Below are positions 26,406 through 30,156 of a stretch of DNA of 30,156 bases, piece after piece. The stretch covers positions 1 to 30,156 of the forward strand of contig CAZOYD010000044.1 in NCBI GenBank assembly GCA_964583985.1, in the 5' to 3' direction. The position numbers and the translations under genes were made by a program. This DNA comes from an uncultured archaeon (GTDB lineage Archaea; Asgardarchaeota; Lokiarchaeia; Sigyniarchaeales; SOKP01). The notes under the pieces were generated by a model, which saw nothing but the letters and a program-made list of their open reading frames with translations, searched no databases and had not been told where the DNA came from. How positions within the stretch are numbered: the first letter of the stretch is position 1; the number at the start of each line of letters is the position of its first letter.

Positions 26406-27932
26406 ATGTCGACCTTAGATAAAGCTTACAAAGAAATTGAGAGTGTGATCGGTTCCCAATATGTTACCGAAAAGGATTTCATGAAAGCAGCATATTCTCG
26501 TAACGTGGATCCGGCCTTTCCAGATAGATGGGCAGATATGATCGTGAGACCTGAATCAAGTGAAGAAATTTCTGCAATCGTACAAATTGCGAATAAATAC
26601 AAAATCCCCATGGTACCAAGAGGGGGTGGAGCAGATCTTGTTGGTGGCTCGGTAACTCAAGGAGGAATTCTCTTGGATCTCACTCGCATGAATAATATCC
26701 TTCAAGTAAATGAGGAAAATTTTTATTGTGAAGTGGACGCAGGAATAACGTGGGGTGCTTTAATTTCTAAGTTACATGAAAAGGGATTGACAACCGGAGT
26801 TCTTGGTCCTGGAAGTGGATTTTCTGCGACTATTGGTGGAGGTTTATCGAATAGTACTGCTGGATTTGGTTCTACTAAATATGGCGTGGTGCCTGATGTA
26901 TGCTTAGGCGTAGAAGTGGTACTTCCAAATCCTCAAGGAACTATCATACGTACAGGAGCAGCTGCAAACAAATATGCGGAACCATTCTGTCGATATGGTG
27001 TTGCTCCTGATTTTACTGGACTTTTTATGGGAGATGTTGGTACCATGGGCATCAAAACGAAAGCATTTCTGAAATTATTTCCCATCACTCCTTTTAAAGC
27101 ACAGAGATATTACATCCTTAATAAAAACGATTATAATAAAGTATATGAACTATTACATCGATTAAGAGCGGAAGTAAGAGACGGATTACACGACGTCTTG
27201 GTTGTTCCATTGATTACTATGCAGTTATTAGCAAGCATGGTTGAAAATAAACCCATCAAGAGACCACGTTTGAAAGGGCCTATCTTTTCTATCTTAGTTG
27301 AAGCGATGGATGAGAGAATTTTGGACATATATCTTGAACAAGTCGCTAATATAATGAAAGAGGATGCAAGAGAATTTGAGATGCAAGAAATAGATTTAGA
27401 TGCCATACTTTCAAGAGATTGGAAATTTAACTTGAAATATGCATATAATTATTTCAATAAATATATTTCAGTTGCTCCTCCTAAAATTTCATGTACCACT
27501 TGTCATAAGGTGCCAATATCAGCGATTCCCGATGTAGCTGAAAAAAGTAATCAATTTGACATTAAGTATAAAAGCGAGTTTCCCCTTGGGAGCATTTCTT
27601 TATTTGCTACTGTCATATTTCTCATGCCGAACGGTAATTGCGTGATAGTGGGGGGCTTTAATGCTGACAATATCGATGAACAACGAGAAACATCCATGAA
27701 AATGTGGCACAAGAAATTAAGACTTCAAGTCCGCTATGGTGGAGTGCATTACTGGCTTGGAGAGGCTATCTCACAATCCATAGTAGAAGCGGATGCGTAC
27801 ACTCCTGATTTTATACAATTTTTTAAAAATATGAAAAAATCCGTGGATCCGAACTTCCTCCTAAGCCCAAATAAATTTCACATGTATAATTACGAGGATG
27901 AGATGTCCCGTTATATCGTCAAAAAAGAGTAG
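26406..27932 (+). CDS. FAD-binding oxidoreductase (VAO/GlcD/D-2-hydroxyacid dehydrogenase-like)
   Basis: 'VRPES.EEI', 'PRGGG', 'LDLTRMN', 'ATIGG', 'GTMGIKT', 'KKSVDPNFLLSPNK'. Confidence 0.9.
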   Translation: MSTLDKAYKEIESVIGSQYVTEKDFMKAAYSRNVDPAFPDRWADMIVRPESSEEISAIVQIANKYKIPMVPRGGGADLVGGSVTQGGILLDLTRMNNILQVNEENFYCEVDAGITWGALISKLHEKGLTTGVLGPGSGFSATIGGGLSNSTAGFGSTKYGVVPDVCLGVEVVLPNPQGTIIRTGAAANKYAEPFCRYGVAPDFTGLFMGDVGTMGIKTKAFLKLFPITPFKAQRYYILNKNDYNKVYELLHRLRAEVRDGLHDVLVVPLITMQLLASMVENKPIKRPRLKGPIFSILVEAMDERILDIYLEQVANIMKEDAREFEMQEIDLDAILSRDWKFNLKYAYNYFNKYISVAPPKISCTTCHKVPISAIPDVAEKSNQFDIKYKSEFPLGSISLFATVIFLMPNGNCVIVGGFNADNIDEQRETSMKMWHKKLRLQVRYGGVHYWLGEAISQSIVEADAYTPDFIQFFKNMKKSVDPNFLLSPNKFHMYNYEDEMSRYIVKKE

Positions 27933-27942
27933 GGGTGAGAAC

Positions 27943-29157
27943 ATGGTTGAAATAAATTCAAAAGAGAAATTCAAACATCTAGAAAAACTCGGACCAATGA
28001 TTCTGCAATGTATTAGTTGTGGAGATTGCAGGGAAGCAACAGATTATTCCTCAGATCCTCCTAAATCGGGAGTATGTGTATCAAGGGATCATACAGTGGG
28101 TTTTGAGCCATTTTTCGGAAGAGGTAAGATGCAAATTATTCGATCTCTATGGCAAGGCAAGTTAGAACTGAGTAAAGATTTAGCTGAAGTAATTTACCAA
28201 TGTCCCACATGCAATGCTTGTTCTGAAGCTTGTGCCTATGATATGGATAACGCAACTATTTATGAAGCACTAAGAGCAGAGTTAGTAGATGCTGGGTGTG
28301 GATTAGAAGCCCACATACCAATGAACAATGCCCTGATAGATTTGTTAAATCCATATCAGCGAGATAACAAGGAAAAAGATAACTGGCTTCAAAACCTCGG
28401 TTTCAAGGTGAAAAGAGCTCAAGAAGATAAAGCAGATATTCTTTATTTTGTTGGGTGTACAGCCGCCTTGACTCCTGAAATTCAATCAGTAGCAATTAGT
28501 ACAGCTAAAGTTCTTCATAAACTTGGAGTGGATTTTGCAGTATTTGGAGACCAAGAAGTCTGTTGTGGGAGCGTAGCAAAAAGAACGGGCGATTTAAATG
28601 CTTTTAATTCTGTTGTATTGAAAAATTATGAATTGTTTAGAAATAGTGGCATTAAGAAGATTATCACGAGTTGCGCGGGTTGCTATCGAACTCTAAAAGT
28701 AGATTATAAAGATTATCTTGACGAACTTAATATTGAAGTCCTCCATACAATAGAATTTTTAAATGAATTTATTAAAGATAATGAGATTAATCTTAAGAAT
28801 TTAGAAATCGCTACTACTTATCATGATCCATGCCATACCGGAAGGAATGCAGGAACTTCGCCTCTGTATGAAGAACCGCGCAGATTGTTATCACAAATTA
28901 CGAATATTATTGAGATGAGAGCAATTAAGGAAAATGCAAAATGTTGTGGGGCCGGTGGAGGTGTAAAAAAAGGATTTCCAGAGTTAGCATTGGATATTGC
29001 TAAGAGTAGAATTAAAGAGGCTGAAGATACAGGAGCGAAATATCTCGTAAGCATTTGCCCTTTTTGTTATAGAAATCTCTTTGATGCAATTAAAGAGTCA
29101 GGTTCAAATCTTAAGATGGTTGATCTCATGGAATTGATAGATCAAGCAATTTCTTGA
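27943..29157 (+). CDS. Fe-S oxidoreductase (GlcF/HdrD-like: 4Fe-4S dicluster plus two CCG domains)
   Basis: 'CISCGDC', 'CPTCNACSEAC', 'YFVGC', 'CCGS', 'TSCAGC', 'YHDPCH', 'CCGAGGG', 'CPFC'. The GGGGTGA RBS places the start at ATG 27943. Confidence 0.92.
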   Translation: MVEINSKEKFKHLEKLGPMILQCISCGDCREATDYSSDPPKSGVCVSRDHTVGFEPFFGRGKMQIIRSLWQGKLELSKDLAEVIYQCPTCNACSEACAYDMDNATIYEALRAELVDAGCGLEAHIPMNNALIDLLNPYQRDNKEKDNWLQNLGFKVKRAQEDKADILYFVGCTAALTPEIQSVAISTAKVLHKLGVDFAVFGDQEVCCGSVAKRTGDLNAFNSVVLKNYELFRNSGIKKIITSCAGCYRTLKVDYKDYLDELNIEVLHTIEFLNEFIKDNEINLKNLEIATTYHDPCHTGRNAGTSPLYEEPRRLLSQITNIIEMRAIKENAKCCGAGGGVKKGFPELALDIAKSRIKEAEDTGAKYLVSICPFCYRNLFDAIKESGSNLKMVDLMELIDQAIS

Positions 29158-29163
29158 ATTATA
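29131..29163 (+). repeat. Direct repeat copy 1 (last codons and stop of the Fe-S gene)
   Basis: GAATTGATAGATCAAGCAATTTCTTGAATTATA, 32/33 identical to 29707-29739. Confidence 0.9.
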
Positions 29164-29302
29164 GGAAAAAATATTGTTATATTATCATTTTTGACAAAAT
29201 TGACAACATTTAAAAATTAAGAAATTGATAATAGGATGGTCTAATCTAACAAAAAGTATCGACTAAAAATTAACAACAAAAATTAATAGAGAGGTGAATT
29301 TT

Positions 29303-29629
29303 ATGCCATACATGTTTACGTACAATATCTTTCCTCCTGGTCAAGCAGAAAGTATTTCAAAAGTATATTTAAAGTATATTAAGGAAGACAGAGCTGCTTT
29401 GAGACCATTAGCAAAGGAAATTATACCTAACGCAGTAAAAGGAACAACTGATGGAATAAGCGTAATCAGTGTTTATGATGTAAAAGATGGTCAACTAGAA
29501 GAATGTTTGAAATTACAGCAAAAATTATTAATTAGGTACCACGAAATAGAAGGATATAGATATAGTATTGAAGTTCGATTTAAGGTTACTGAAGCAATAG
29601 AAATGTTAGGAATGAAGGTTCCAGAATAA
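29303..29629 (+). CDS. Small hypothetical alpha/beta protein (108 aa)
   Basis: GAGGTGA RBS at 29291-29297, ATG 29303, oligo-T tract at about 29647-29658. Confidence 0.75.
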   Translation: MPYMFTYNIFPPGQAESISKVYLKYIKEDRAALRPLAKEIIPNAVKGTTDGISVISVYDVKDGQLEECLKLQQKLLIRYHEIEGYRYSIEVRFKVTEAIEMLGMKVPE

Positions 29630-29706
29630 TTAAACAATTTATTAATATTTTTTTTTTTACAGTTCAATCCAATCGTTGAAATTCCTTACTGGAGAGAGTA
29701 ATTAAA

Positions 29707-29739
29707 GAATTGATAGATCGAGCAATTTCTTGAATTATA
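29707..29739 (+). repeat. Direct repeat copy 2 (intergenic)
   Basis: GAATTGATAGATCGAGCAATTTCTTGAATTATA. Both copies are followed shortly by AAAAAATATT. Confidence 0.9.
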
Positions 29740-29845
29740 AAAAAAATATTAACAATCCCAAAGAAGTTCCGATATCCATTACTTATTTTAAGTCAGAACA
29801 GTTAAAAATTGATTAGATAAATTAAAAAAAGAATTTAAAATTAAG

Positions 29846-30001
29846 TTATTTTACTTTCATGGGCGTTCCACAACACGTAAAGCCTTGATCCGCGCAAGCT
29901 CCTTCTTCATCGCCACAGTGGCATGCTTTTGAGACTTTCATTTCAAAACCGCATTCTTCACAAACAAGAACATCTCCTTTCTTAAGATCATTACATGACA
30001 T
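29846..30001 (-). CDS. 51-aa Cys-rich desulforedoxin-like metal-binding protein
   Basis: Manual translation: MSCNDLKKGDVLVCEECGFEMKVSKACHCGDEEGACADQGFTCCGTPMKVK*. GGTGA RBS upstream and T-tract downstream. Below the ORF-track cutoff. Confidence 0.85.
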   Translation of the reverse strand: MSCNDLKKGDVLVCEECGFEMKVSKACHCGDEEGACADQGFTCCGTPMKVK

Positions 30002-30156
30002 TATTGAGTTTTCACCATTATTTTTTAATGGTCATTAACTCAATTAAGTTTAAAAACATTTTGCATATAATCAATAAATACACAAGAGTAAATCCGTTTA
30101 CATTAATCCAAGTTTCGAAGTTTTTTGTTAGAAAAAGCAATAAAGAAACTCGCTAA

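Noticed and set aside
27898-27942. N-terminal extension of the Fe-S gene in the ORF track
   Set aside because: It overlaps the upstream gene, and the GGGGTGA RBS supports ATG 27943.
4685-29054. Short antisense or alternate-frame ORFs inside larger genes (e.g. 4685, 7344, 7710, 8280, 9730, 9863, 9994, 10443, 12767, 13158, 14015, 15096, 17122, 17187, 19510, 21241, 22264, 22682, 24121, 25697, 26426, 27131, 28821)
   Set aside because: Shadows of well-supported genes, with no recognisable motifs.

Overview
AT-rich (about 30% GC by eye) archaeal chromosomal window. GGTG(A)/GGAGGTG ribosome-binding sites, oligo-T terminators and the gene content point to an Asgard archaeon, probably Lokiarchaeia-like (inference, not a database result). 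It holds about 30 mostly independent genes. Transport: Ca/Na antiporter, ArsB/NhaD-type permease, tandem MscS pair. Redox and metabolism: two nitroreductases, FAD oxidoreductase, QueG-like Fe-S protein, UroD/MtaA-family protein, PNPOx-like protein, acetoacetate-decarboxylase family, GlcD/GlcF-like pair. Other genes: TtuA/NcsA tRNA thiolase, cold-shock protein, SET-domain protein, bactofilin-like beta-helix, and a five-fold topoisomerase C4 zinc-finger protein. There are two decayed genes, and two coding regions missed by the ORF track (a receiver-domain tail at 3-185 and a 51-aa Cys-rich desulforedoxin-like protein). I saw no rRNA, tRNA, CRISPR array, transposase or integrase. Best leads: (i) two otherwise unrelated coiled-coil proteins ending in the same unusual zinc ribbon, one directly upstream of the SET gene; (ii) a PH-PH-winged-helix-Zn-ribbon protein; (iii) two genes that seem to need non-AUG starts or a frameshift; (iv) a possibly heteromeric MscS pair; (v) a small gene bracketed by a duplicated gene 3' end.
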